This document shows positions 1 to 11,700 of a stretch of 64,000 nt of DNA, piece after piece (position 1 is the first letter of the stretch; every line of letters begins with the position of its first letter). The translations under genes were made by a program, and so were the position numbers. The stretch is from Dudresnaya verticillata (taxonomy: Eukaryota). Below the pieces are notes generated by a model. The model was not told the DNA's origin, searched no databases, and saw only the letters and a program-made list of their open reading frames with translations. The stretch spans positions 1,798,001-1,862,000 of the forward strand of contig OZ374565.1 of NCBI GenBank assembly GCA_977862235.1, in the 5' to 3' direction.

Positions 1-265
1 TTGCCTCGCTAGGTTTTCCCCTTTCCTTTTCCTTTCCGTCGGCTTCGTGCTGCCCTTCGACAGGGACGCTGGGACCCGGCCGCTGCCTACCCGCGTACGG
101 TACGCCCCGTGCGCGGTCCGGCATCGACGCCGTCGATCCGCACCTGCGGGGCGCACGCCGCCGTCACCGCTCTACCAACCCCAACAGCTACCCATCGACG
201 GGTCTGTGTGGCGGCTTCGGACCAGCAATTATCAGACGTCGGATCGACCCGAGCTCTATACTACA
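1..265 (+). repeat. 3' part of an LTR, truncated by the window start
   Basis: Ends in ...CTATACTACA. It is a diverged reverse complement of 3417-~3700 and abuts the 3' region of the LINE at 266. Confidence 0.65.
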
Positions 266-2809
266 GCCCATTTGCAGGAACACGTTCGGGCTGTGGTCTA
301 TTGAGGCGATGTCGAGTGCTTGTGCGGGAGGGGAAGAGGTAACTCTTCTTGGCAGGCCGCTCGGATCAGGTTGATGGCTTCCGTTATTTCTTGGAGATCT
401 TGAGGGGTTCGTTCGCGTAGCATGATATTGTGTAGAGTAGCAGCGGGTTGGTGGAGGGTAGCGCGCTTGGATGGGTATTTGGGGAGTATCGGGAAGGGGT
501 CGAGGTGCCACCGAACTGCCAGTTTCCGATCTTAGTGGTCCGACAGGAGTAGTGATGGTGGGAAACGGTGGGATGGGTAGATTGGTGCGGCTCTCCTACC
601 GCTGAGCGCATCGCTCCACGCTCTGTGCTGCTCGGACAGGTGTGCCTGGGGCTGGGATGGGAGCGGAGGACTCTGGCCTGCGCTACGGAGCGAGACGCTC
701 GGGAACTTTGTGAGGACCTGTAGTGTATGGCCTGCGTGCCACGATGCGGCTGTGTCTTTTGATCGTTCGGTCCTTCGGAGGCTTCGGATGAGCTGATGTT
801 GTAGGCATGTATGGCGGACCTTCGAGGGCTCCATGCAATAGAGCGCGCGTAGTCTACGTAGCCGGGGTGCAAACATGCATTACGATTTCTGCCCTATTAA
901 TACACGGAAGAACTGGGAGTCCAGGGTGTCGAGAGCGGTTTCCAAATCACTCGTTATGTTGCCCAGGGCTAGGCCATATTCGTAGATCGGTCTGACAAAC
1001 GCGTTGTAAAAATATGTTACGGAGGCGGCGGGCATTGTAAAGGAGAGTGAACGCAAAGATTGCAGTGCGCCGAGGGCCCTTTTGGCAGCAGAGATGCGCG
1101 CGAGTACTGTAGCAGCCCCGGCCCCGTGGAAGTTACTTTCAACAACAAGGTACTGAAAGGTGCTCCGAAGAGGGATTGGTGCACCGGCGATACTGAACGC
1201 TGCTGTGTTGGGTCTTATTCTGTGGCGTGTTGGGCGTATGGCTGTGCACGTGGCCGGAGACCAGGTATAGCAACTCTTCTCTCCCTCCGGTACGCCTGTC
1301 GCGCCGTCTCGTACGGCCGCATGACGTGCCCGCATCTGCAAAGTATCAATCTCCCCAAACTACTAAAGCTAGGCCGGTATGATACTCGGAATGGACAAGG
1401 CACTGCCTCGGTGCACTGCGCAGTGTTCGCCTCCGCCCCGGAAGAAAACACCAGGACTGCTGTGACCGTGCAAAAACCGGACCTGACGCCTGAAAGCACT
1501 GCGCGCCGCTATCCCTCCATCACCACAAAGCCACCTCCCCCCGAGGGGAGCAGCGTGACGCTGGACACTCCATGATGATCCTTGCGATCCAGAGGCACCT
1601 TTCACTCTGTTGACCATCGCGAAGTGAGGTCCGGGCTCACCCACGACAAATCAACCAAGGCCATTGGGCAACCTACCAAGGGAGCCTCCACAAGCCTCCA
1701 CGTGGCCCGACCTACGACCACATCAGCAGGTACGAATGTGCGGCCCATCCCAAGGTCCCCCGGGCCACACGACATGAAAAAATTACATCACCCGGCTCCC
1801 AGATCAGGCCCGACCAGTGTGGCAAGCAGCACCCCAAACGCAAGCCCGCTCTAGCCCTGGAAAGACTTCAGGATTTGTCAACGCAACCCGCGCTACGTAT
1901 ACGCCTGACAGCCCCGACCTACCCTCCAACGATGCCAACACCGACGTTACTGTCGATCCGATCCCACCCACACCCGACACCCCCACTCCGACAAAGGCGC
2001 ATCGCCCCCCGGTCCCGACCATCCCCCACCACTCCAACCCCGCAAGAATCTCCCCGCCTTTGGCCACCACCGCGACTGAATCCGTCCTACCTCCCAAGCT
2101 CCCCTCACTCGCAGCACAGCACACCCCAGACTGTTCACCGCGCAGACGAGGTACTACGCGCTCTGCCCTTCCTATGTCACCCCACACCCAGGCTCCAGGT
2201 TTGGTGATGTATTGTCTTAGCTGCCTGGCTGGTGGGCCGTCAGGCTCGAGCGGTCTTGTAGCCGCACTGCTCTGTGTTTTTACATCGACAAGCACTGAGC
2301 GTGGTCACTGGCCCCATCCCAACTTCCAAGTGGGACGTAGGGGCGCAAGGTGTCACCAGAATTTAACAGGCAAAGTTCTATGGTGCTGCATCCTGTGCCA
2401 CCGTTGTGGCTGTAGAATGTTGGTTCCTTTGGTGCAAAGATGGAGAGGGCAGACTTGGCGCAGCACTGGGTGAGTGTGATACCTTTCGTGTTTCTTGCAG
2501 TGCACCAGTGCGCGTACCGAGCGTTAACGTCTCTAAGAAGCAACGTTGTGGAAGGTTCACATGCTTTTACTGCATTGAGGGCTTCAATGAGTTGCTCCTT
2601 TGACGCTCGACGGCTGACGTATGTCCCAACAAGGTCACCAAGGCCCGGTATGTGTATGCAAAGGAGTTGATATAATGAAGGATGGAGATGGGGGTGGGGT
2701 GTCACTGTGAACTTCTTTCGGGCTCTTACTTCTGGTCGGGGGATGATGGAGACTCAACCGAGCCAGGGTCCAGAGGGGCCGACGCGGACAGCCGGGATGG
2801 AGGAGGTGA
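266..2809 (-). mobile_element. Degenerate APE-RT non-LTR retrotransposon (LINE copy 1), 5'-truncated
   Basis: APE motifs (LLLRDVNAR, EPTF, SDHA) at 2280-2705. RT pieces at 880-1644 (FVRPIYEYG) match the LINE at 27344-32218 (FVRPVYQHG). Both share the 3' sequence GCCCATTTGCAGG (266 vs 27392). Confidence 0.85.
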
Positions 2810-3410
2810 TGTGAACCGTGGTGTGCATGCGGCGCGCCGACGGCGATCCAACCGTAACGGATGATGTTGCAACGCGCCACGCTGATGATTTGGCAACGTG
2901 TAACCGTGTCGGTGTTGTGCGCATTACTGTGCGCTGGTACTCATTTCTGTACTGTAAATAGAGCGCACCAACCCTAGCGGAGTATTTGTAGTGTTTATTC
3001 TCTAATTTTAGTGAGTATCTGTTAAGTGTGTTGAGTAGTGCATCAGCCAATGCGAATGCTGCGCATGTCCATGTCGGAGATTGGGACCACCAGGGCCGAT
3101 TCCACCACGGGTCCAGACCCTTAGGGTCTGACCCACACGGACCGGACCGCTCAGTGCCACCCTGACTTGTACATCAGGGCGGCATCGCAGCGGATGCTAA
3201 GGTAAACGGGCAAGCAACCCTTGGGCCTCAATCCCACTGTAGCTCTTTCCTTTACGGTTTTCCCCGCGCTGAGCCCGATGCGGTCTACCACCACCACCGT
3301 TTTGGGTCCGTACCGCCAGTTGTACCACCCCCTTGTCTATTGCTTCACAATATCCGTCTCGGTTAGCCCCTCGCTGTTCTCCCGTAAAGGTGCGAACTGC
3401 TTTACCACGC
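2810..3410 (+). repeat. Degraded solo LTR related to the Gypsy C LTR
   Basis: 3063-3150 aligns by eye with the reverse complement of ~45690-45785 (CCAGACCC..GGGTCTG.CCCACACGGACCGGACCGC). No clear TSD. Confidence 0.6.
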
Positions 3411-3416
3411 CGTGGA

Positions 3417-4046
3417 AGTAGTATCGCTCTCGTCCCGGGCATAGACGTCAGGTCGAACTGACGTCTAGCTGCGGTGGTCGATCAGTCGCACCCAGACCCG
3501 TCGAAGGGTGGCAGCTGTGGTGGTAGAGCGGGGGTGTCGGCCGCGCGCGCCGTCGACGGTCGCGGATCAACGGCGTCGAAGCCTGAGCGCGCACGGGGCG
3601 TACCGTACGCGGGCGGCAGCGGCCGGATCCCTGCGTCCCCGTCGTGGGGCGGCACGAAGCCGACGGTAGGGAAAGGAAAAGGAAAGCCTAGACGGCTAGG
3701 AAAAGAGGGAAGGCGTAGGGCGAAGGACTGGGAAAGAAACCCAAAGCAGAAAGGGCAAGCCTGGCGTAGGCTGGCTTGCCTGGTTTACTGCAGCCCAGAG
3801 GGGCGACTACTAGATATAGTACAGGGCCTGCGGCGGCACCAACCCGGGAGGTGCGCCGGCGCGCCCCAACACGCGTCGACGCGTACGGGTAACGGCAACC
3901 CGGGGGCGCGCGTGGGCGAAACGGTCCACACGTACTCAACGGCTCGACGCCGGAGTGCGCGCGCGCGTGTCACGCACTCAACGGCTCTGCGCCGGAGTGC
4001 GTGCGCGCAGCGCGCAGGACAGCAGGGCGTTCGACCGCCGCTTACA
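3417..4046 (-). repeat. Solo LTR, same family as 1-265
   Basis: Minus strand starts TGTAAGCG and ends ..ATACTACT. It has a short internal tandem duplication at ~3930-4002. No TSD found. Confidence 0.6.
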
Positions 4047-4062
4047 CCTAGACGGTACTGTA

Positions 4063-4435
4063 CACTACAAAACAATAAACGTAGAAATTACATGGGAGTT
4101 TCAGTGTCACACGTGTACGCGTGCGCACGCTAGCGCCACTGCGCACTTCCTTACAGTTCAGCAGGGCTTCGGCGCCACCGGCTGACTGCGCACGCTAGCG
4201 CCACTGCGCACTTCCTTACAGTTCAGCAGGGCTTCGGCGCCACCGGCTGACAGCGTGTGCGTACAGCAGTGCACACGTGGCGCAGCTGGTCTTACGGCTG
4301 CGCGCGCCACTGCGCACTCCCTTACAGTTCACCGGGGCTTCGGCGCCACCGGCTGACAGCGTGCGCACAGCAGTGCACACGTGGCGCAGCTGGTCTTACA
4401 GCTGCGCGTGCGTGGCACAGCTGGTCTTACAGCTA
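4063..4435. repeat. GC-rich tandem repeat array (about 65-bp unit plus variants) preceded by CACTACAAAA
   Basis: GCGCCACTGCGCACT(T/C)CCTTACAGTTCA..GGGCTTCGGCGCCACCGGCTGAC occurs three times between ~4133 and 4357; CAGCTGGTCTTAC occurs three times. Confidence 0.75.
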
Positions 4436-4518
4436 TGCCACACAACCCCCCCTGAAGCGCGAACGCCTCGGTCGCGACCGCTACGACGCGCACGCTGTGG
4501 GTTGGCCAAGACGGCGCT

Positions 4519-5448
4519 GTTGTCTCGGATCGTGACCCGAAGTGTACATCAAAGTTCTAGGTGCAGTTGATGAAAATACTCCAGATAGACCTGAAAATGT
4601 CAACTCACGCTCACCCACAGACCGATGGACAATCTGAGGTCAGGAACAAGATGGTCGAAACCTATGTTCGTCTATTCTGTAACTACAATCAGAACAATTG
4701 GGACGAGCTCTTACCAGGGGCAGAATTCGCCTACAGCTCGTCTCATCATGATGCTACCAGTTTCACACCATTCTTTCTCGATCTGGGTTGGGAGCCTCGA
4801 AGCCCCCTCTCTGTCATTTCCGGACAAGAAGATACAAATGTAGGAGCAGTGGAAGACTTTCAGACAATCCTTGCCACATCATTCCAGGACGCCAAACATG
4901 CCTATACTATTGCCCAAGAACATCAGTGTCGTCAGAGAACCCCGCATTTCCGTGTGCCGCGTTTTGCGATTGGTCAGCATGTTATGATGAGCCGCAAGAC
5001 GCTGTCCGACCCATATGGAAAAGGCCAGGCGTCGGTCAAACTTCAAGCCAAAAGAATTGGTCCGTTACAGATTGTTGAGTTGGTTGGCAAGAATGCAGTG
5101 AGGCTGCAGTTACCTCAACATTTTAGAGCTCATCCAGTCGTCAACATATCATTCATTGAGCCTTATCTTCGACAGCCAGAGGACATTAGCAATCCATTAC
5201 CAGAACCTGAACCGCCGGTCGAGCTTGATGCCGGACCCGAGGAATATGTGGAGAGTATTCTGAAGCATAGACATCGTGGTCGTGGATGGCAGTTCCTTGT
5301 ACTATGGAGAGACCAACCATTGCATGAAGCTACGTGGATCCCTGCTCGAAATCTAGTCGATAGTGATGATACTATTAACGAAGCTTTACTAGCATACGTC
5401 CAAAATCAAGAGGATCTTTCCATGGACAAGGTCACTCGGTTAAGGTGA
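4519..5448 (+). pseudogene. Gypsy A integrase C-half with chromodomain
   Basis: SDRDPK..KF*, HPQTDGQSE, HPVVNIS, then chromodomain YVESILKHRHRGRGWQFLVLWRDQPLHEATW. Confidence 0.92.
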
Positions 5449-5454
5449 CTATAG

Positions 5455-5727
5455 TGTAACAGTACACATTGTATCCGGGGGCCACGGATGCCGATATTCC
5501 AGAAGGGATTCGATATGCCATATCGAGGGAGCATTCGTTCCACAGTAGCGATAGATAGATGATAGAGAAGTAGCGAGGATGTAGCAAGTTGGATGGGTAT
5601 ATGTAGCCCATCTGATGAATGACCAGGAAAGGGGGGCATCTTGATGCTAATTTCAGTTCCAGAAGTAAAGTCCGGTATTCCGTTCCTGTTCTACTCTGTT
5701 TTCCCGTTCTATCTCGCTACTGTTTCA
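5455..5727 (+). repeat. Gypsy A 3' LTR (273 bp), followed by TSD CTCAT
   Basis: TGTAAC...TTTCA. Reverse-complement copy at 25913-26185. CTCAT at 5728-5732. Confidence 0.92.
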
Positions 5728-5990
5728 CTCATGATTGGCTTGGTCAACCGGTTACCCGGTCTGCAACGAGCGGCTCTGCGCATGGTTGGCACTGCTTTCC
5801 ACGTCGAGTTCATCGTAGTATTGCATTGAGCTTATCGTAGGATGTCTGGGCCCTGCAAACGGCTATGTCATCGGTTGAGGCCCAAGGCAACCTACGATCC
5901 TCCTGCACGAATCCTACAGGGCCTGTTTCGGAATGACTTGACCTAAACATAGTGCAGTCCAATTGTGACATAATTATGTTGAGCGTAAAT
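5728..5990 (+). mobile_element. Fragment of old Sola-family copy (small coiled-coil ORF homologue), inverted
   Basis: Frameshifted LQRAALRMVG / RVHRSIALSLS matches LQRAVLRMVGSVFHRVHRSITLALS of 16470-16739(-). Confidence 0.8.
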
Positions 5991-8269
5991 TGCCTAGCAA
6001 GCTTACAATTTACGCCCGTGTAGTAATAGAAAGGGCAACAGTGTGGTTATATCTCGGAAATGGGCGCCGCTGTGGCGTTGCTGCGGAATCGTCAGGATCT
6101 AGGATCTCAGCAGTGCCCACTACAGGGTTGAAGATACAAAAGCCGATTCTCCAGCCATTGCTGTATTTTTGGTTCAACTGGATGTGCTTGTATTAGAGGA
6201 GTTGCGAGGATGGTCTGCGGGAGTCAGGGACGTATTTGTATGGCGAATTTGGTCGGGGGACAACATAGGCTAGGGCTGTACAGATCTCAACGACCCCGAT
6301 GCGGACAGTGTGCAAAATTGAGGCTGCGAAGCCGGAATATAGACATATCAGGCTCGCGATACGGGCAGCGATGGATTCAGAATGAACAACTATTTAAGAA
6401 ATTCCAGAACCTGACTTTTAAAACAGACTGGAGTCGAATAGCCAATTTATGATATCGTTGAAAATAAGAGCGTCACGTGAGTACGGCGGTGAGGCCCCAT
6501 TGCCCAACTGTCCATTTGTCCAAAGTTATGCCGGTTTGCATGCATTTACCCAAGATATTTCCAGGTTCGCCAAATTACAATTTCTTTGCGTCGTTTCGGC
6601 CCGCCCGGTCCACTCTATGGTTCGCACGGTGCCAAATCGGAACACCCGGTCCCCACCTTCCCCACGCGCTCGCCCCTCACGCCTGGATGCCACATCACGC
6701 CCCCATGGCAAACAAATCCCTGATTGTACCGTGCCACCCCGCGCAAAGCCCTGCAGATGCGTAGGCAGCGCAGTTTTTCCAGCCCGTAACCCCTTCTCGG
6801 CGCACCGGCTGCGCAGTACTGTGCGCGAACGTGCGCCCAATTGTTTGGACCGTCCGGTCCGGAACGCATATAGACTGACTCGCCACCTGCTTCACGCAGT
6901 CGCCCCGCGATGCCCATGACCATTGCTAACTGTACTATTGCGGGTGCCCACCCGCGCGCACTCTCTGATAACCACTACCGACGCCCCGTCGGCTCGCGCT
7001 GCCCATCGCGCCCCAGCCGCGCTGCACTCCCCCCATCGCCCGATGCCATTTATCTGTAAACGTTTCGGATTCTGTTCTTAACAAGCATTGCCAAGCGCCT
7101 ACGGCCATATGAGTCACGAAATACCCCTTCTTCCGCGCCATCTCAACTGCGCTTTGAAACGAATAAAATAGTTGAACACTGATAGCTGGCGAGCCGTACG
7201 CTTACGACACTTGCAAATTTGATAATTGCCGCAAGATTGTGAACGGTTTTGTCGAGAGAGACAAACCTGTAAACGTCCTTCGTTTAGAAGACAACCCCTC
7301 CGCTTGCTGAGCAGTTCTCTCATCGCGCGCAGTACCGACTCTGGAAACACCTACAAACAAGACGGGGTCAACAACAAACACAAAGTTTCGTTTAATACCC
7401 TTTACATCGAAACCCACTCAAGCCTCTGATTCAGCATCTTCCACTGCCCAATCTAATGCGACCTCCCAGCCCAGCAACCCTAACACATCCCTAGCTTCCC
7501 TCATGACCCCCTCTCCAACCTGCCCAACTCTCGCTATCATATGGTGTGCCCATCGCATGAGCTGGTCCCGGAGCCAGAACGTCGTATCCAGCCCAACCAG
7601 GCCAACTGCACGCGTCTCGATGACTTCAGCGCGGCGTGACCTGAGTTTCTCTGCTAGGCTTTCCGGAGCTTGTGGGAAGGTACTTTTTCGTCACGGTGCT
7701 GCAAAGTTGGTCCGGGATCATCGCGAGATATCATGTCCTTCATATACACTTCGCAGGTATGGTGCTGTTTGCAACGCGTGCATAGGCTGCTATTTCAGGC
7801 TGGTGCACATGATACTGGCCTCGTCATGCACAGAATATAACCCACACGGCAATTTTCAAAGCTTCTCGGTTGTTTACGACATTGTCTCGTAGGCCATGCG
7901 GCTGAATAGGCTTTGTTTCCAGCTCGTATCTTGATGCTTTCATGCGTTGAACAAAATTTGGCCGGTATAAGATGAGCTCCAACCTCAAGGACCAGTGTCC
8001 CAACCATGGTATTCTCAGAGACTCAGTGCTGGATTTCATAATACACAGCGGTACACAGAAGAATCGGCATAGATGCGTCCATGACAACAGATGGTGTCCG
8101 GTTCTCCGAGATTTCGACTGCGAAGCTTTCCTTGAGGCTCTTCGTATCTCATTGCAATAATCTTGTCACAGCTATACAGCACTACTACTAAATGGGCCAA
8201 TCTTCGGATCTGCCTCATCGACGTGCATCTCCGCATTCTAGACCAACAGTAACGCAGCAGCATTGCAAT

Positions 8270-8515
8270 AGACGTGCCCATGTGATGAACCGTATGTTGT
8301 GCACTCTGCACGCCCCGGAGACAGCCCTGTCGCCGTCAATTGCGGACACCACACAGAGTTTCTTGCGTGCTCATTTCAAGTTGGTCATCCACGGGGCAGG
8401 CCGACTGGACTGCGAGCTGCTCAAGGATTTTGCATTGTCTTGGTTTCATCACATCCACGTGAGTGATCTCGACGCATCGACGGCACCAACTTGAACAACC
8501 AGTTCCTGTTCCGCT
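8270..8515 (+). pseudogene. Fragment of a ubiquitin-like E1 catalytic subunit (UBA3/UBA2-like ThiF domain)
   Basis: KLVIHGAGRLDCELLKDFALSWFHHIHVSDLD, then after a frameshift IDGTNLNNQFLFR. This is a decayed form of LVIGAGGLGCELLK.LAL.GF..IHVID.D.ID.SNLNRQFLFR. Confidence 0.8.
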
Positions 8516-9054
8516 TATCATCAATGAATTACGCGATCTGCCACGCTTATCTTGTTGTTAAATTATCTATGAAGAGGTCTTGTTCCTTCTCGGCGCCGAT
8601 TCGATGAGACTGGAATTTTCTCAGTCGCAGTTGCACCCATGATACGTTTGTCTTCTATAGCCGGTTTCCAGTATGTTCACAATACAGTTCTGCAAAACAC
8701 ATGTGACCGGGGCAAGTTTGAAGCTTAAATATAGAGTCGCCAATGCCAGACAGCGGCGAATGTTTGATACCACAGTCTTCAATGTTTTGAATGGGACTTT
8801 CAAGATTTTTAGAATGCAATCCATAACCGTATATTCGAGGCCGTGCCGCTCGAAAAGGGAAGCCCATAACTGATGCTCATATAGCCACTAAAGTAGCTGA
8901 GGAATTCTTGATGTTCCGATTGGTAGGTGCTGATATTGCCAGCCAAGAACCTCAGGTTCTGAAGATTGCAGAAATAGTGGCGTTCCTGGCTGTCCAACTT
9001 CCTCTCCGTGTTCATTCAGCTCAACGAGTGAGCCTGCATTGGATGGTACCGCAG

Positions 9055-9161
9055 CTCCAAGATCCCCCGATGGGGGATCTTGGAGTCAGGGTCAATGAGA
9101 ATCTCATGATCCACTTTCCCCGCTGGAGGTAATCCATCCGGTAACTCGGATTTAAATACAT
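9055..9161 (-). pseudogene. Gypsy A pol fragment just upstream of RT, continuing across the Sola insertion
   Basis: DVFKSELPDGLPPAGKVDHEILIDPDSKIPHRGI joins in frame to ...NILESFQ at ~23801 when the insert and one CTTG copy are removed. Confidence 0.88.
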
Positions 9162-9165
9162 CTTG

Positions 9166-9790
9166 AACACAGATTTCCGGGTTTTCAGAATCTATGTTCC
9201 GAATCAGTCTGAAAAAATGTTAATGGAATGAAGATTTCTATATCGCGTTAGACTGGGGAGAGGGAGCTGAGAAGAATGGTGTAATCTGTTTCGCGATAGC
9301 ACGCGCGGTTGCGGAGCTACAGCATGCCGCATATACGGGTAAATGTCCCCGAAACTTTCGTGAAAGTTTCGAAACTTTCGGAATTTCAGAATTAAAATTT
9401 ACCCAGAAATTGCACTGCCGCCTGCTGCCCTCCCGGGCGCGCCTTGCAGCGCACCGACGCTCGTGCTTCAGCACGCTTGGCCCCGCCCGCCGCATCCCGA
9501 GCCCGCCCTGAGCTGTGTTCAAGGGCACAGTGCCGCCCTGCACGACTGGTACTGCCTAACTGCCAGGGTAAATCTGCGGTAACCCAGTCGTGCGCGGCGC
9601 TCACGCATTCACGTGCTGGTACCAGCACCACCCCTTCCCATGCCCATCATTCCACTCCAAGGTCCACTGCGGCGCGCACCTCGCGCAGCACCTCCTCCCC
9701 GCCTGCCATATCGCATCGCGCATCAACCCCAACACGCCCCGCCGCTGTCAACATCCCCACCCCGCTTCGCACCTCGCGCACGAACTCTAC
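9166..9790 (+). repeat. Left terminal inverted repeat (about 600 bp)
   Basis: Reverse complement of ~23185-23799 with scattered substitutions; ORFs 9238..9543(-) and 23491..23727(+) give near-identical translations. Confidence 0.93.
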
Positions 9791-9910
9791 TGCGCATCAT
9801 CGCGCATCAACCCCAACACGCCCCGCCGCTGCCAACGTCCCCACCCCGCCGCACACCTCGCGCACGAGCTCTACTGCGCATCATCGTGCATCAACCCCAA
9901 CACGCCCTGC
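9676..9910 (+). repeat. Subterminal tandem repeat, about 81-bp unit, about 3 copies
   Basis: CGCACCTCGCGCA...CATCG(C/T)GCATCAACCCCAACACGCCC is repeated; the right TIR has only about one copy. Confidence 0.85.
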
Positions 9911-9929
9911 AAGCAGAAGTCCCTCGAGT

Positions 9930-10794
9930 TGCGCAACTGATGCATTGACATGGGGAGACCACAACTCGATGCAGGTACAGGTGTGACAGCATAACGGTAT
10001 GTTGTATTGTTCTGCGTAAGTTAGCCACGCCCTGTCGATGATATTGTCTCGAGCACAGGTTTGGAATGAGGGCTAGTGAGATGAGTGAGATCTTCTGGGA
10101 ACAGGTTGAGTGCTTCATAGAAGCAGAAGGGCATTTGCTAACAGCGTTCAGGATGGGGCTGTTAGCGACAAAGGCACCCGATTACGCGGCTGCAATTACA
10201 GCAAAAGGTGCCCCTCTGCCGAGCTGCGTGGGTTTCATAGATTGCACAAACATAGACATGTGCAGGCCAGGAGGAGATGGAAGCTTGCAGCGTTGCTGCT
10301 ATTCTGGTCCACAAGCGCAAGCATTGCTTGTCCTATCAGACCATAGCAACCCCTGATGGGTTGATCTTTCACCTACATGGTCCTGAAGAAGGACGCCGTC
10401 ACGATCTCACACTACTCCGGAAGAGCGGTATAGGAACAATTATGGGGAGTAACATGGTCATAAATGGCGTGCAGTACTATATTTATGGCGATGCGGTGTA
10501 CATTATACGTCCCTAGCTACAAACCGCCTTTCCGCTCATAACGGCGACGACCGAGCAGGTCTCATACAACACTAGCATGAGTGTTTTGCGTGAAGGGGTG
10601 GATTGGAGTACAAGGATATCAAGCAAATGTGGTCGTCGCAAGATTTCAGGCGCATGCTGAAGGTCCGCGCCGCACCCATCGGACTACTCTACCAGCCTGC
10701 AGCCCTGCTCTGTAACTTGAGGTTTGTCTTAGACAGGGTGGACAAGTTGCACCTTACTTTGGTTGCAAAGCCCCATCACTGGACTCTTACGTAG
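9930..10794 (+). pseudogene. PIF/Harbinger-superfamily (DDE_Tnp_4 type) transposase remnant
   Basis: LRKLATPCR, CVGFIDCT, YSG.HKRKHCLSYQ, TPDGLI, GPEEGRRHD, IYGDAVY; interrupted by frameshifts and stops. Confidence 0.88.
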
Positions 10795-11082
10795 CATCAC
10801 CATAGGAAAAATAAAGTAAGCCGTACTACACTCCTCGACCGCCCGCGCGAAGCGCAAAAGGACGAGTAGTGAGGACCAAGTCCGCTCTCGCTCCGCTCGG
10901 CACTCGCCTCGCTCGGCGCGCGGACATGGGAAATCGCGGACGGGTGAATCGCGCGTTTTGGGGGTGACGGAGCGATTTGACACCACTTGCGGGACTTCAA
11001 AGGCGTTGGAAAGCCCACTTGCGACCAGAGTAGAAGCAGACACTTTACGGAAGCTTCGCCTCGAGTGCTGCAAGCATATCCA

Positions 11083-11338
11083 CTAAGCCTTTCCGCTCCT
11101 GCATCGATTGCTGCGTTCCTCTACCCCCACAGCGCCTTTCATCTCATCCAACTCGAGGCTGCGCTTCTGCAGGTGCAAAGACTCTGGAGCTTCGATCGGC
11201 TGCCGCTCCTCGCACTTCCGCTCTAGTTCGAAACGCTCTTCCTCCAACTTGAGCCGCATTGACTCCACCTCTCAACGTCGAACCATTTCGTCCATCATGA
11301 CCATAAAAGAGTTCATCAGCCTCAGTAAATTTACTCAA
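11083..11338 (-). pseudogene. E/R/K-rich coiled-coil fragment, possibly the Harbinger partner ORF
   Basis: RLKLEEERFELERKCEERQ; convergent to the Harbinger transposase; frameshifted. Confidence 0.4.
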
Positions 11339-11385
11339 CCCCTTTTTCTACTCTATCTATTCATTGCTATCACTTGACATTCTCA

Positions 11386-11700
11386 CTACACTATTAACTC
11401 CTCTTCATCTTCGCTGCTTAAGGGGTTCGTGCAGCTCCACAGCTCCGCGCATACCGAGCGCACAGCTCTGGCGACAGCCGTCCTAACCGCCGTCGCTTCC
11501 CGCCTCAAGTGGCTGTAGCAGTGCATGAGGAATTTGAATTCCTCCATGCACTCGCGAGCCTCCCTTAAACAGTCCTTCACGATGTCGCGCTGGGCGCGCA
11601 CATCGATGCGAAGTAGTACCACTTGTTCGTATGCTTGTCGGGTTGCGTTGCGGGTCATGGTAGGTGTTGGCTGTGCAGGGGAATACAGGTCGACTTCCAT
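11386..11700 (-). CDS. Small helical hypothetical protein (Sola cargo)
   Basis: ATG at 11700; amphipathic, protein-like composition with an acidic tail; no family recognised. Confidence 0.45.
   Translation of the reverse strand: MEVDLYSPAQPTPTMTRNATRQAYEQVVLLRIDVRAQRDIVKDCLREARECMEEFKFLMHCYSHLRREATAVRTAVARAVRSVCAELWSCTNPLSSEDEEELIV

Noticed and set aside
2754..3050. ORF as LINE ORF1
   Set aside because: It lies mostly within a degraded LTR.
4123..4435. Repeat array as CRISPR
   Set aside because: Units are tandem with no unique spacers, there are no cas genes, and the context is eukaryotic.
9238..9986. ORFs within the TIRs and subterminal repeats (also 23102-23727)
   Set aside because: GC-rich repeat translations with no protein motifs.
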